Shown piece after piece: positions 1 through 10,349 of a stretch of 64,000 nucleotides of DNA. Numbering within the stretch: position 1 is the stretch's first letter; each line of letters opens with the position of its first letter. The stretch is from Cyanobacteria bacterium P01_E01_bin.6 (GTDB taxonomy: Bacteria; Cyanobacteriota; Cyanobacteriia; CAKZMO01): positions 3,970 to 67,969 of the forward strand of contig JBCCWF010000001.1 of the NCBI GenBank assembly GCA_039194035.1, written 5' to 3'. Below the pieces are notes generated by a model, which made no database searches, had not been told where the DNA came from, and worked only from the letters and a program-made list of their open reading frames with translations. The position numbers and the translations under genes were made by a program.

Positions 1-119
1 ACTTTCTTTCAAGGCGATGAACGAAAAATCTCTTCTATCGATTGGTTTGCTGAAAGGAAAATACATTCAATCGATAGCTCAGGAGCAATGAGTATTCCAT
101 TGCTAAAACTTCCTTTGAG

Positions 120-527
120 ATGCTTTTACTTCATCGGAGTTGCACGATGATTCCAGGCCTTGACTCCTATTTTGATGGCAGTGAGTGGATCGAGCACGAC
201 CACTACAAGAGGGAGAAGGCGCGGCGTGCTGAAATTCAGAAATCAAAGTCAACACGATCTAAAAAACTCTTCACAAAGTCGTCATCTCTAAAGAAAAAAA
301 AGAAGGTTCTAAAAACTCTATTTTTAGATTACGAAGATGGTCTTTTATTTGAAGAATTAATGGCTCTAATTATGGGTGAAAACCCCAACGAAGTAGGACA
401 AAGCGACCTGGAATGGGGCGCTGTGATGGTTAACGAAATGGTCAAAAAAGGGATTTTATCTACTCGAAATAATCTGTTGATTTGGCGAGTTCAAGAACTA
501 GAGCTATTTAGTAGCGAAGCAGCATGA
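120..527 (+). CDS. hypothetical protein (prophage-borne), Lys-rich
   Basis: ORF track only. Lies in the phage-like block. No recognisable motif. Confidence 0.3.
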   Translation: MLLLHRSCTMIPGLDSYFDGSEWIEHDHYKREKARRAEIQKSKSTRSKKLFTKSSSLKKKKKVLKTLFLDYEDGLLFEELMALIMGENPNEVGQSDLEWGAVMVNEMVKKGILSTRNNLLIWRVQELELFSSEAA

Positions 528-764
528 TGATTTACCTTTCCATTCTTTTAGTAGGCATTTTGAGTTTTAGTCAAGGCCAGCAATGTCACGACAATAATCC
601 CGTTTGTACTGGGCCGAGACCAGAGAAAAGCTTGATTGTGGGAGGAAATTTATGACCACAGTTTTAGCGTTCTTCGTGTTGTTATTTCTGGGCGCGGTTG
701 TTGGTGTTTGCGCCATTGTCAGGGTTTCTGGTGTGGAAGATTTTGACGAAAGGGAGGGCGATCG

Positions 765-1844
765 ATGAGCGCCTACTACAACGAGAATGATCCAAACGCC
801 GCTGAATGGCTGCGGCAGCTAATTAAGTTAGGGGCGATCGCCCCTGGAGATGTAGACGAAAGGAGTATTGTAGATGTCCCTTCAATTGAGCTTAGGTCTT
901 ACACTCAGCACCACTTCTTCGCAGGCATTGGAGCCTGGTCATATGCCCTCCGATGCGCAGGATGGCCAGACGACAAACCCGTTGTCACCGGATCGTGCCC
1001 ATGTCAACCTTTCTCCAGCGCAGGCAAAAGAAAAGGGGCTGACGATGAGCGGGATCTCTGGTGGGCAATGTTTTGGCACATCCAGCAGTTGCAACCTCAA
1101 ACAATTATTGGTGAACAAGTTGCATCAAAGGATGGGCTCTCATGGTGGGACGTTGTTCAGTCTGATTTGGAAGGAGAGAACTACGCCGCAACTGCGTTCG
1201 ATCTATGCGCTGCGGGCATCAGCGCGCCGCACATCCGACAAAGATTGTTTTGGGTGGCAAACGCCAACGGTTCAAGACAGCAATGGGCGCGATCGCCACA
1301 ACCAAAGAAATGGTTCGGTGATTCCGTCTCTACTAGGGCAAGCAAGGCTAGCACATTGGCCTACCCCGACTGCGAACGAAGACAACAGGACTCCGGAGGC
1401 TCACCTAGAGATGAAGAGGCAGATGGGAGTCCGAGACGGCAGCCAAGCAAACCGAAAAGCAATAACAAGTCTTGCTGTGATGTCAAAGATTGCTTATGCA
1501 GGGGAACAGACAACGATTCAGTTGAGCGGATGGGCAACGCCAAAGGTTCAGAATGCGAATGGACCAGGGGAGCACGGCAATGGAGGTCAGGATCTGCAAA
1601 CTCAGGCATCTGGAGTGACGCGATCTGGATCACCTGCCAAGACGGCAAGCAAAGGCCAATTAAATCCGGCATTTTCCCGCTGGTTGATGGGATTGCCCCC
1701 GATCTGGTGCGAGGCGGCAATCCTTGCATTCAGACAGAAGCGACGGCGGAAGCCCGCACGATGCGAATCAAAGGATACGGAAACGCAATCGTAGCGCCGC
1801 TGGCGATCGCCTTTATTCAATCCGTGATGGAGGTTGAACAGTGA
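765..1844 (+). CDS. DNA (cytosine-5)-methyltransferase
   Basis: N-terminal FAGIGAW resembles C5-MTase motif I (FxGxG). PCQPFSSAGKRKG matches the catalytic PCQ motif IV. Stop overlaps the next gene start by 4 nt. Confidence 0.7.
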   Translation: MSAYYNENDPNAAEWLRQLIKLGAIAPGDVDERSIVDVPSIELRSYTQHHFFAGIGAWSYALRCAGWPDDKPVVTGSCPCQPFSSAGKRKGADDERDLWWAMFWHIQQLQPQTIIGEQVASKDGLSWWDVVQSDLEGENYAATAFDLCAAGISAPHIRQRLFWVANANGSRQQWARSPQPKKWFGDSVSTRASKASTLAYPDCERRQQDSGGSPRDEEADGSPRRQPSKPKSNNKSCCDVKDCLCRGTDNDSVERMGNAKGSECEWTRGARQWRSGSANSGIWSDAIWITCQDGKQRPIKSGIFPLVDGIAPDLVRGGNPCIQTEATAEARTMRIKGYGNAIVAPLAIAFIQSVMEVEQ

Positions 1845-2389
1845 CTCATCCCTTCCCAAATGACAAGTACAACATCATCTACGCCGATCCTCCCTGGACG
1901 TATCGAGACAAAGCAAGCGCCGGTAAGCGCGGTGCATCTCACAAATACAAAGTGATGGCATTAGAGGAGATCTGCGCATTGCCAGTGCAGGCGATCGCCG
2001 CTGACAACTGCCTGTTGGCGATGTGGTGGGTTCCGCCGATGCCAAAGGAAGCGCTACAGGTTGTAGAAGCTTGGGGTTTTGCCTTCAAAACGATGAAGGG
2101 GTTCACCTGGGAAAAGGTGAGTAAGAACGGTAAGCACCTCATAGCAATGGGCAACTACACCCGTGCCAATACAGAGGATTGTTTGATTGCCGTTAAGGGT
2201 AAGCCAAAGCGAATAGACGCAGGGGTGCGGCAATTTATTCAGTCGGAACGCAGGGCGCATTCACAGAAGCCTGATGAAGTGCGCGATCGCCTTGTTCAGC
2301 TCATGGGCAATGTTCCGAGGATTGAGCTTTTTGCACGCAGTACAGCTCCAGGGTGGCACGCCTGGGGAAATGAATTAGCACCGTTTTAG
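1841..2389 (+). CDS. MT-A70 family N6-adenine DNA methyltransferase
   Basis: YADPPW catalytic motif (DPPW) near the N-terminus. Size ~180 aa is typical of phage MT-A70-type methylases. Confidence 0.7.
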   Translation: MTHPFPNDKYNIIYADPPWTYRDKASAGKRGASHKYKVMALEEICALPVQAIAADNCLLAMWWVPPMPKEALQVVEAWGFAFKTMKGFTWEKVSKNGKHLIAMGNYTRANTEDCLIAVKGKPKRIDAGVRQFIQSERRAHSQKPDEVRDRLVQLMGNVPRIELFARSTAPGWHAWGNELAPF

Positions 2390-2400
2390 GAGAGCGTGAG

Positions 2401-2703
2401 ATGAGTCAAGAAGATTTATTAGAAAGACTTGCCAGCGCCTTTGAGCGCAATAACCAACTACTTGAGCAGCTTATTGTAGATCGTCAACCTAAGCCCAAGT
2501 GCATGCCTTTGGCAGATGCATGGAAGGAACTGGGGTACAAGAACTACAAGGCTTGCTACCGAAAGGTGATCAATGGCCATTATCGAGTAGGTCATGAGGT
2601 TGAGGATCGGCGATCGCCCGGTGCCTACAATCCAGAGTACTGGCTCGACATAGAAGCATGTCGAGAGAGAAACAAAGTTATTCCGGCAAAAAGGAGTGTA
2701 TAG
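2401..2703 (+). CDS. hypothetical small phage protein
   Basis: ORF immediately after the methylase. No motif. Confidence 0.35.
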   Translation: MSQEDLLERLASAFERNNQLLEQLIVDRQPKPKCMPLADAWKELGYKNYKACYRKVINGHYRVGHEVEDRRSPGAYNPEYWLDIEACRERNKVIPAKRSV

Positions 2704-2715
2704 GACTTGCGAATA

Positions 2716-3813
2716 TTATTCAATCTTCTCTAAAAATGCTTCAGTCGCTTGAGCTTCGCTAATGTGTTTCTGGTACGTACTGAGATAAACACTTGGATCA
2801 TGCCCCAACCATTTGGCCGATACTGCTGTAGGGAAACCATATTTCAAGGCCGCTCGGATTGCGAATGCATGGCGATAGCTATATGGTTTATGTGGGTTCT
2901 TCTGACGAGTAAACGCTCTGGCAGTGCGATCGCCATACTCTTTATTGGTTCTGACTTTTAGATTAGGTGGACTGCCTTCGGCTAACTCCCACCGTTCAGC
3001 CCATTCTGGTGGCAATGGTGGAATCGATTTCCTGGCTCCGGTTTTGCCATCTGTGATTTCACACATCATCACCGTGCGATCGCCCGTATCAAGACTCACA
3101 ACTTTCGCAAACCAAACTTCATGATCTCTGAGTCCATATGTTGCCATCATTGCGGCGACATGTTTCCACTCAGGATTTTTCATTGAGTCGATCGCTTTCT
3201 CGATTTCTTCATCACTTGGAATATCACGATCGACATTTCTAGGATTGTAGTTTCCTTGATACGGCTTGAGATCGATTTTAATTCCAGCGAACTCGGCAAG
3301 TTTATTCATTCGCTGGCAGCATACTTGCCGACTACGGCTATCAACCTTGGTTTTTTGAACTGCCAAAATAATTGCATCAGCAGTGAGATCGGATTTTGGG
3401 TTTAGTTTTGTAAAGGCTGGATACCAGAATCGCTCTTTCCAATCAATTTCCGCTTGTTCTCCAGTGGTCTTGATGAGGTTTTGCAGAGCATATTTTTTGA
3501 ATGCTTCTATCCATGCTTGGCAGCTATCGGCGTTATGGCGATCGCCCTGCACTTCCAGCCAGCTAAATCGCTTCTGTGCAATCAGTGCCCCAAGCTCCAT
3601 GGCTTTAGACTCGGCGTACTCCAGTCCCGCTGGATTAGCATAGATTTTGAGGCTAATCTCTTGCTGATGTGCCTTCAATTTCCCGCTTCCTGGCTTCGGC
3701 GGCAACGTTCCCCTAAGATAGAGTCGCTCCCCTCGCTGCATCACCACCAACCCAGCAGCGGACGCTCTAAGCCGTTGATTGACAGCCTCCAGAGTTAGCT
3801 TGCGCTTCACCAT
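2716..3813 (-). CDS. int: tyrosine-type site-specific integrase/recombinase
   Basis: The C-terminal catalytic region carries R...HxxR...Y-type residues (YSYRHAFAIRA ... LGHDPSVYLSTYQKHI). Length 365 aa. Adjacent to a tRNA. Confidence 0.85.
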   Translation of the reverse strand: MVKRKLTLEAVNQRLRASAAGLVVMQRGERLYLRGTLPPKPGSGKLKAHQQEISLKIYANPAGLEYAESKAMELGALIAQKRFSWLEVQGDRHNADSCQAWIEAFKKYALQNLIKTTGEQAEIDWKERFWYPAFTKLNPKSDLTADAIILAVQKTKVDSRSRQVCCQRMNKLAEFAGIKIDLKPYQGNYNPRNVDRDIPSDEEIEKAIDSMKNPEWKHVAAMMATYGLRDHEVWFAKVVSLDTGDRTVMMCEITDGKTGARKSIPPLPPEWAERWELAEGSPPNLKVRTNKEYGDRTARAFTRQKNPHKPYSYRHAFAIRAALKYGFPTAVSAKWLGHDPSVYLSTYQKHISEAQATEAFLEKIE

Positions 3814-3930
3814 TTTTCACTAATCCTTCACTAGAAAAGGCGGCATCGTGCGACATCGTATGCCATCAGAAGGAAGCCACTAACCAAAAGAATAATGGCT
3901 GGGAAAGGCTTTGGCAACGGATTTACTGAA

Positions 3931-4003
<73 letters not shown>

Positions 4004-4119
4004 AAATATGCTAACAGCATGCCGTTAACACCTAATGGGAAATGCGCGATTTTCACGCGCGAGTAATGATTATAGCAGACTAATTTGTCACATCCACCTC
4101 AACGTTCAAAAGTTAAGCT

Positions 4120-4827
4120 ATGGTCTTAGGGCTATGCCCATCACTCATCAAGCCAACGTTAAGCCTCAAGCCAGCGTCGCCATCACATATTTTTATGCCA
4201 TCAGGTCGCACTCACGATCGTGTTACGCTTTGGAGCCTTCCTGTCGTTGCCGTCTTAAGCCTTCTACGAACCCGAAGCAGCAGCTTCACGTTGCTATTGC
4301 TTGCAGGTTTTTTGTTTGGTGCTTTGATGCTAGGGCCAGATTTAGATACGCGATCAATTCATTACAAGCGGTGGGGAGTTCTTCGGTGGATTTGGATTCC
4401 CTATCGGGGCAGCATGCGTCATCGATCGCCCATCTCTCACTGGCCGATTGTAGGGACGGTCTTACGGGTTATCTACGTGTTGATCTGGGCTTTTTTGCTG
4501 TGCTTAGGCAGCATGGCTCTGGTCAATGAGGTTTTTCAGATTGGCTGGACATGGAATGATATCGCAACCATCATTGGGCGATCGCTCCATACTCATCAAT
4601 CTGGTTGGGTTGCCGTGGGTATTGGTCTTGAAGCGGGAGCACTAAGCCACTATTTGGCAGATTGGGGGGTGTCAACGAGTAAGCGTGTGCGTCGCCATTA
4701 TCCAACTGAAGGGATTTGGGCGCTAAGACGAATTCTTAACCCCACTCCCAAGAAACGGACGACTAGAAAAAGGCAAAAAAGGCGATCGCCAGCGGCACCA
4801 TCCTCCTCGAGAAACCGGAATCAGTGA
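4120..4827 (+). CDS. hypothetical polytopic membrane protein (possible metal-dependent hydrolase-like, DUF2227-like); true start probably internal (MPSGRTHDR)
   Basis: Several hydrophobic segments and a basic C-terminal tail. Weak family resemblance only. Confidence 0.35.
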   Translation: MVLGLCPSLIKPTLSLKPASPSHIFMPSGRTHDRVTLWSLPVVAVLSLLRTRSSSFTLLLLAGFLFGALMLGPDLDTRSIHYKRWGVLRWIWIPYRGSMRHRSPISHWPIVGTVLRVIYVLIWAFLLCLGSMALVNEVFQIGWTWNDIATIIGRSLHTHQSGWVAVGIGLEAGALSHYLADWGVSTSKRVRRHYPTEGIWALRRILNPTPKKRTTRKRQKRRSPAAPSSSRNRNQ

Positions 4828-5002
4828 GCACGCGTATGACGTCGCGATCGCCTATCATCGCTTTTATTCAGTATTTTCAAAAGAATAAAAATTTAAACTA
4901 CAAAAAAACTCGATAGATTCAAGTAAATTTGAATCTATCGAGTCTATTAATCATGACTTCCGCTATAGCAATAACTTACGATGTCGAGATTGTATTTTAA
5001 GC

Positions 5003-5037
5003 CGGGATTGTGGAGGGCGGAGCACCTCACAATCCCG
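5003..5037. terminator. stem-loop between convergent genes (CGGGATTGTG...CACAATCCCG)
   Basis: 10-bp inverted repeat seen in the sequence, located in the convergent intergenic region. Confidence 0.3.
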
Positions 5038-5061
5038 TTAAAATTTTCTCGACTTACGTGA

Positions 5062-5166
5062 TAAGTAGATAGACATAATTAAACGTATCCTTCCAAATCC
5101 TGTGCCGTCCGCGCAGCGGGCGGCACAGGATTTGGGGTTTTGGTTTTAATGACGTCCAGGTACTTA
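5062..5166. repeat. MITE-like dispersed repeat, family A copy 1 (TAAGTAGATAG...hairpin...GGTTTTAATGACGTCCAGGTACTTA)
   Basis: Shares termini (TAAGTA / TACTTA TIRs), the internal block CATAATTAAACGT, and a GC-rich hairpin AATCCTGTGCCG-CCGCGCAGCGGGCGGCACAGGATT with the other family A copies listed below. Confidence 0.7.
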
Positions 5167-5260
5167 AGCCTTACTTCGAACATTTTATGAGAGTAGAACA
5201 TCCTCATAAAAATGCATCAATTTGAATTAATGTGACAACCTGTATCCATCAATTTAGTGA

Positions 5261-5656
5261 TTAGAAAGGGCAAACAGGAGTGCTATTTGCATTGAGGTTG
5301 ATTGTACGAGTTGCATCACTCACGATGAATGGCTGGTCACCACCACGAGTTTCGCGAACCATCTCAGGAGATAGGCTCATGCAGCCTGCAACGGCTTCTC
5401 CCCATGCTGCAACATCCTCAGACATCGCATCGGTAATGGGGGTATCGGTCGTAACTGAAGCATCTTGAACAATGCTGATTTCCATTGGAAGCGCATATCT
5501 CCAAGGGGTGACAGGAATAGATGGAAGAGAGACGTCACGGCCTCCAACAATTGTCTCCTCATCAGGAGAATAGGTTTCTGCCAACTCTGCATTTGCAGGA
5601 AGAGCAAAACCAATCGCAGCTGCTGCGACGCCTAAGATGGCAATTTTTCTTAACAT
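5261..5656 (-). CDS. small secreted hypothetical protein (signal peptide MLRKIAILGVAAAAIGFALPANA)
   Basis: Start set at the internal Met that gives a canonical signal peptide. No family match. Confidence 0.4.
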   Translation of the reverse strand: MLRKIAILGVAAAAIGFALPANAELAETYSPDEETIVGGRDVSLPSIPVTPWRYALPMEISIVQDASVTTDTPITDAMSEDVAAWGEAVAGCMSLSPEMVRETRGGDQPFIVSDATRTINLNANSTPVCPF

Positions 5657-5913
5657 TTTTTGTACTCCTAGTGATTGGGAAAATGTTCGTCTACAACGAG
5701 GTATCGCCATCGCTAATGAGATATTCAATAATAGAAGCCCTGCCAAAGAAATTACTTCGATAGGATCTTAAGGCTATCTCAATATTCATGGCGACTGTTT
5801 CAATATTCCCAAAAAATATTGCGTGTGTAGCAAAAGGTATTGAAACTGATTTGTGATTTTTCTTCTTCAGAAAAACACGTATATATGAGGTTGTCAAAGA
5901 ATTTGGGGAAATG

Positions 5914-7542
5914 TTAATTACCCCTCTCGGTATGGTTTAAATTTTCTTCAATTTCTATTAGTAAAGAATATGTGAGTGAATGGTCTGGGTTGATCCGAAT
6001 GGCTGTTTCAAGAGCTTCTAATGCATCGTTTGTTTGACCGAGCGCATATAGGGCATGGCCTTGTCCAGCTAGGATGTCGGGGTGATTTGGGGCTTTCGTA
6101 AGCGCTTCATTGTAGGCAATTAACGCATCTTGAAAATGCCCGAGGCTCGCCAATGCAGTGCCTCGGTTATACCAGCCGATATATGAATCCGGCTGACGGG
6201 CGATCGCCTCATCTGCCGAATCGATCGCTTCCTCATACCGTTGGAGATACCAGAGAATAACGCTGCGGTTTGCCCACGCATTTTCTTGTTGGGGAGCTAA
6301 GGCAACCACCTCATCATAGGCTTGGAGCGCAGGTTCATAATCGCCTTGACTTCGGTATGCAATGGCTTGGTTGAACCAGGCGGTCACCAGGCTTCGATCA
6401 ATCGTGAGTGCCTGATTGGATGCAGCGATCGCCTGCTCATACTGTTCAAGATGCCAATGAATGGCGGCCTGATGGGCCCAAGCGGGGGCATAAGTGGGCA
6501 AAAAGCCCACCGCTCGATTTGATAGTGCGAGGGCTGTGTCAAAATTGCCAAGATGAGCATGGCTGATGCTTTGTTGATCCCATACCTGACCGATACCCAG
6601 AGGCCCCCACGTGCCGTCTCCGGCGATCGCCAGTTCACATGCCTCTAGAGCTTCGCTGTGGCGTTCCAATCGATTGAGCACATCACAGCGAAAAACGTGA
6701 GCCTTGCTGGAGCTGGGATTGAGTCGAACGGCTTGCTCAAGGGCATGGAGGCTATCGTCATTGTGGTTTTGAGCAGCAAGCAAGAGTCCCTGTTCTAGCC
6801 ATCTGTCAAAACTGGTGTCGTCAGCGCTGAGGGTGAGGTCGTAGGCGGCGATCGCCCGGTCTGGATCACCAATCTGAGCAAGAGCAATCGCCCGATGATA
6901 GAGCGCCATCTCTGGAGACGTGTTGCCCCAATCTTGGTTGTACCCGAGAGCCGCATCGCAGTTGATCAGGGCTTCACGAGGTTTTCCTAGGTAGTTGAGT
7001 GCTTCACAGCGGCGAGTGCGGAAACCGGAGCGGTCTGGATCGAGATGGATAACGTGGTTGTAACTGGCGATCGCCCCTTCCCAATCCTCCATTCCCGCGA
7101 GGGCGAGTCCTCGATATTCCCAAGCATCATCGGGACTATTTGTTCCCCAATGGCGATCGTGGGCAAGGGCATCGTCACAGGATGCAAGTGCCTCATCATA
7201 CTGTTCTAGAGTGACCTGAATTTGGCACTGGGCTAGGTAACTGGGCGAATCGTCAGCGCCTTCGTTGATGGCGGTATAAATGGCAACGAGTGCTTCCGCA
7301 GGTTCGTCGAGCTGTTGGAGGAGTGCGGTGTAGGTTAGCCAGAGATCGTCATCGTTGGGTTCTATCCCGAGGGCTTGTTCGCAGGCGATGCGGGCGGTTT
7401 CTAGAGCATTGGCGCCGATGAGGATATGACAGCGATCGCGCCAATAGTCCTCGTCATCAATGCCGTAGAGTCTAGCCGGAGTCTGGGCGAGGGCAGGGGT
7501 GGTGAGGAGGAGTGTCAGTGGGAGTGCGATGAGAAGGCGCAT
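5914..7542 (-). CDS. TPR-repeat protein with N-terminal signal peptide
   Basis: Signal peptide MRLLIALPLTLLLTTPALAQ. Many 34-residue repeats with the W-LG-Y / A-Y--A-P signature (e.g. AIAAYDLTLSADDTSFDRWLEQG). Confidence 0.7.
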   Translation of the reverse strand: MRLLIALPLTLLLTTPALAQTPARLYGIDDEDYWRDRCHILIGANALETARIACEQALGIEPNDDDLWLTYTALLQQLDEPAEALVAIYTAINEGADDSPSYLAQCQIQVTLEQYDEALASCDDALAHDRHWGTNSPDDAWEYRGLALAGMEDWEGAIASYNHVIHLDPDRSGFRTRRCEALNYLGKPREALINCDAALGYNQDWGNTSPEMALYHRAIALAQIGDPDRAIAAYDLTLSADDTSFDRWLEQGLLLAAQNHNDDSLHALEQAVRLNPSSSKAHVFRCDVLNRLERHSEALEACELAIAGDGTWGPLGIGQVWDQQSISHAHLGNFDTALALSNRAVGFLPTYAPAWAHQAAIHWHLEQYEQAIAASNQALTIDRSLVTAWFNQAIAYRSQGDYEPALQAYDEVVALAPQQENAWANRSVILWYLQRYEEAIDSADEAIARQPDSYIGWYNRGTALASLGHFQDALIAYNEALTKAPNHPDILAGQGHALYALGQTNDALEALETAIRINPDHSLTYSLLIEIEENLNHTERGN

Positions 7543-7621
7543 GGGAAGGGGGGGATGGGTGAGGGAATGGATGGGCGAGGGAATGGAGGAGTGAGGGAGT
7601 GGGGGAGTAGGGAGGTCGTCG

Positions 7622-10196
7622 CTAGTGGATGAATTGAGGTGGGATTTCGGTGGGGGTTAAGCGATCGGGTTCAGTGGGTCGGGGGGTATGGATGGAGTCG
7701 GGGGTGTTGGTGGCTGCTCCGTCTTGACGAGGGGTGGGCGATCGCCTATTGAGGTCAACCCGTTCTTGAGCACTTGCTTCTGTCACGGGGGGCAGTGGGG
7801 GAATTGTTTCGAGGGTAACGGATCGACTGATGCTTTCTCCCGCTTGATTGGTGACGCGCAGCGTCAGGGTTTCAATGCCGCCTTGGGGACTGAGTGGGTA
7901 GGCGATCGCCCCTTGTCGGGAGACGGTTCCAGGAGCAGGCAATAACTCTACGGTGACTTCTGGATCTCCGTCCACGCTCCACGTGATGGGAATGACTGGA
8001 GCTGGATCCTCCAGGTTTAGGGGAATGACGTACTTGGGTTGAGACGATTCACCATTCACAGCAAAGGATGTAATGGCAAAGGACAGACTGGGACGCTCGA
8101 TTTTGATGGGGTCGGTGATGTGGGTGTCTAGGGCGTCTTCAGTTCTTTCGATGTCAGCACCATCTGGTCGGGTGAAGAGCTGGAGTTCAAAGGTGTAGTG
8201 ACCCACGTTGCGGGCAGGAGTCGGCACGTTCCAACAGGAGAGCGTCCCATCTAGTTGGCAATAGTCTTCTAGTTCTGCTGGAACCCCTCGACTAAAGTCA
8301 AACTCGATGGGGGAAATGAGCGGCGATTGATCCGCGTCTCGGCCAATTAGAACAAGTCGATGCAGTGCTTCGGGATGGGCGATCGCCCAATTTAGGCGAA
8401 TGGGGGGAGTGAGAGTTGACGGAGTCTGAAGGGTGCGGTTGATAGAGTCCGATGACTCGGGGGCGATCGCCGCCACGTATCGAGCCTGAGTCGGCTCGAA
8501 GGTTGTGATGTCTGGCAGGGGAGTAGGGAGGATGGTGATGGGAGCCGTTTGACGGTTGAGCGTCTGGGTGTTCTGCTGATGGCGACGCCCTCGTCTGGTG
8601 TTGACTTCTAGATCAAAGCGATACAGTCCTGCTCGATAGGCATCGGTGGGAACGTTGTGACAAACCAACTGCGCACCCGAAATACAAAAGGGTTTGAGCT
8701 GGGCAGGGATGCCGTCTGAAAAATCAAAGGTGACAGACGGGCTCACGATGGCATCATCCGTGGGCGATCGCCCTACCAGTTCAACAATTTGTACTTGCTT
8801 GGGCTGACTAATATGCCAGTTCAACCGAATGGGCATTCCGTCCATTTCTTGATAGGACACCTCTGCAGAGGAAAATTCCAGAATTTCCGCTGGAGCGGGA
8901 GGGCGCAGCAAGAGCCAGAGCGGAAATCCAACGAGCGTCAGCATCCCAGCTCCTAATAACAGCAATAACATCAGATGCCACCAAGGTCTTGGCTGCCAAA
9001 CCACTCCTCCTTGCAAGGCGTCTTGAGTCAGAGGCAGTGCTTGCTCATCATCCAGTTCCACCATGAAGTTGAACACTTGACCGCCGCCTCGGAAGGGGCG
9101 TTTTCGAGCTGGATAGGGCTGGATGCCCAAGCTCATCGTGATGGATTCGTTGGGCAATACCTGAATAACTGGAGATACAGCGGTGTCTGGTGTTGGAGTT
9201 GCGTAGGATTCGATACGAGCCACCTTTTCTCCCTGGGTGACTTCAGCCCAATGGAACCGACAGATATCCGTGGCTTCATCCAAAACCCTGGCTCGGAGAC
9301 GGACTCGTCGAGCTGTATTTCCCCCATTGTTGAGCCGAATCCAATACAGTCCAGCTTGATGCTTGACAGTGCTTACCAGCGTCTTTAGCTCTGTGGTCAA
9401 CAGATAATGGGGGGCAACTTCCAGATACAGAATGTCTAACAGCACCAGGTCAGGATTGTTGGCTGAATGGAGGCGCAAGGTCGGTGCATGTTGTCCAGCA
9501 AGGGCATGAATCGGCAGGGTGATGGTCAGGCGGATTTCTCCCGTGCTGCGAGGATTTAACTCCAAGCTATCCGCGTCACGCACAAGGCCAACGGTCTCAA
9601 ATCCTTCTGGATAGCGAATGTGATACCAGTTGGGCGCTAAGTCAGGGCAGGTTAGTCGGAATCGATCGACGCGATCCGAGCGGTTGTAGACCATCAGTGC
9701 GACTTCAACTGACCCGCCCGGTTGCATCAGGAGAGGCTGATTTGATCGGGTAATCGGCTGCACTGTAAAGGTTGGGTCATTGACCTCGACAGTGGTTTGG
9801 TATTTCGGAATGACCTGGATGCGCTGGTCGTATTGAATGGGGGTGTCTTCGGGATAGTGATCAGGGGCATCGACGACGACTTGATAGGGATATACCTCTG
9901 GTGGTATTTGCAGAGGCACCTGAAGTTGAAACAGCACCTCACTACTTTGTCCAGCAATCAATGCCAATCGCTGAAACGGATTGCTGCACCACTGCATCAC
10001 TATCTGCGAGACATCGCTCAAATACACATCTATCAGAGCATTGTGTGCCCCTCGATTGTGAACGATGACGCTGAGTTCAACGGTGGAACCAGCCTCGATG
10101 GCGTGTTGTCCTGATGGACTGACAATGGTGGCAATCGGACAGGCGGCGATCGCCGCTGAGGCATCGCTTGATTTATCGCCATAGAAATCATCCATG
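7622..10196 (-). CDS. large membrane protein with multiple Ig-like (CARDB/DUF11-like) ~100-aa repeats and one central TM segment
   Basis: Start placed at MDDFYGDK. The upstream 100 codons of the ORF overlap the preceding gene and a G-rich tract. Repeats of the N-S-[DA]----F-L ... P--WY type; three C-terminal LNW-I--P / ITWSV repeats. TM segment WWHLMLLLLLGAGMLTLVGFPLWLLL. Confidence 0.5.
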
Positions 10197-10349
10197 GGAC
10201 GAGTGTTGGGGGGATGGGGGGAGATGGTCATGGTGGTGATGGAGTGGGGTGGAGTGGTGGAGAGAGTGAAGGGGTGAAGGGTTGGCGGGGTAAAGAGGTA
10301 GAAGTGGAAGGAGGAGGAGTAAATGGGGAGTAAATGAGGGATAGGGGAT

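Larger units (their letters stand above)
1..3930. mobile_element. Right end of an integrated prophage-like element (partial, continues left of the window), inserted next to the 3' end of tRNA-Val
   Basis: A tyrosine integrase lies directly adjacent to the tRNA 3' end. Two DNA methyltransferases and small hypothetical ORFs are co-directional on +, with the integrase on -. This is the classic tRNA-integrated element layout. Confidence 0.55.

Noticed and set aside
874-1794. 306-aa ORF in an alternative frame inside the C5-methyltransferase gene
   Set aside because: Entirely nested in a gene with clear catalytic motifs. Low-complexity Ser/Thr/Gly composition typical of an out-of-frame shadow ORF.
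3383-3798. Plus-strand ORFs inside the integrase gene
   Set aside because: Antisense to a gene with clear tyrosine-recombinase catalytic residues.
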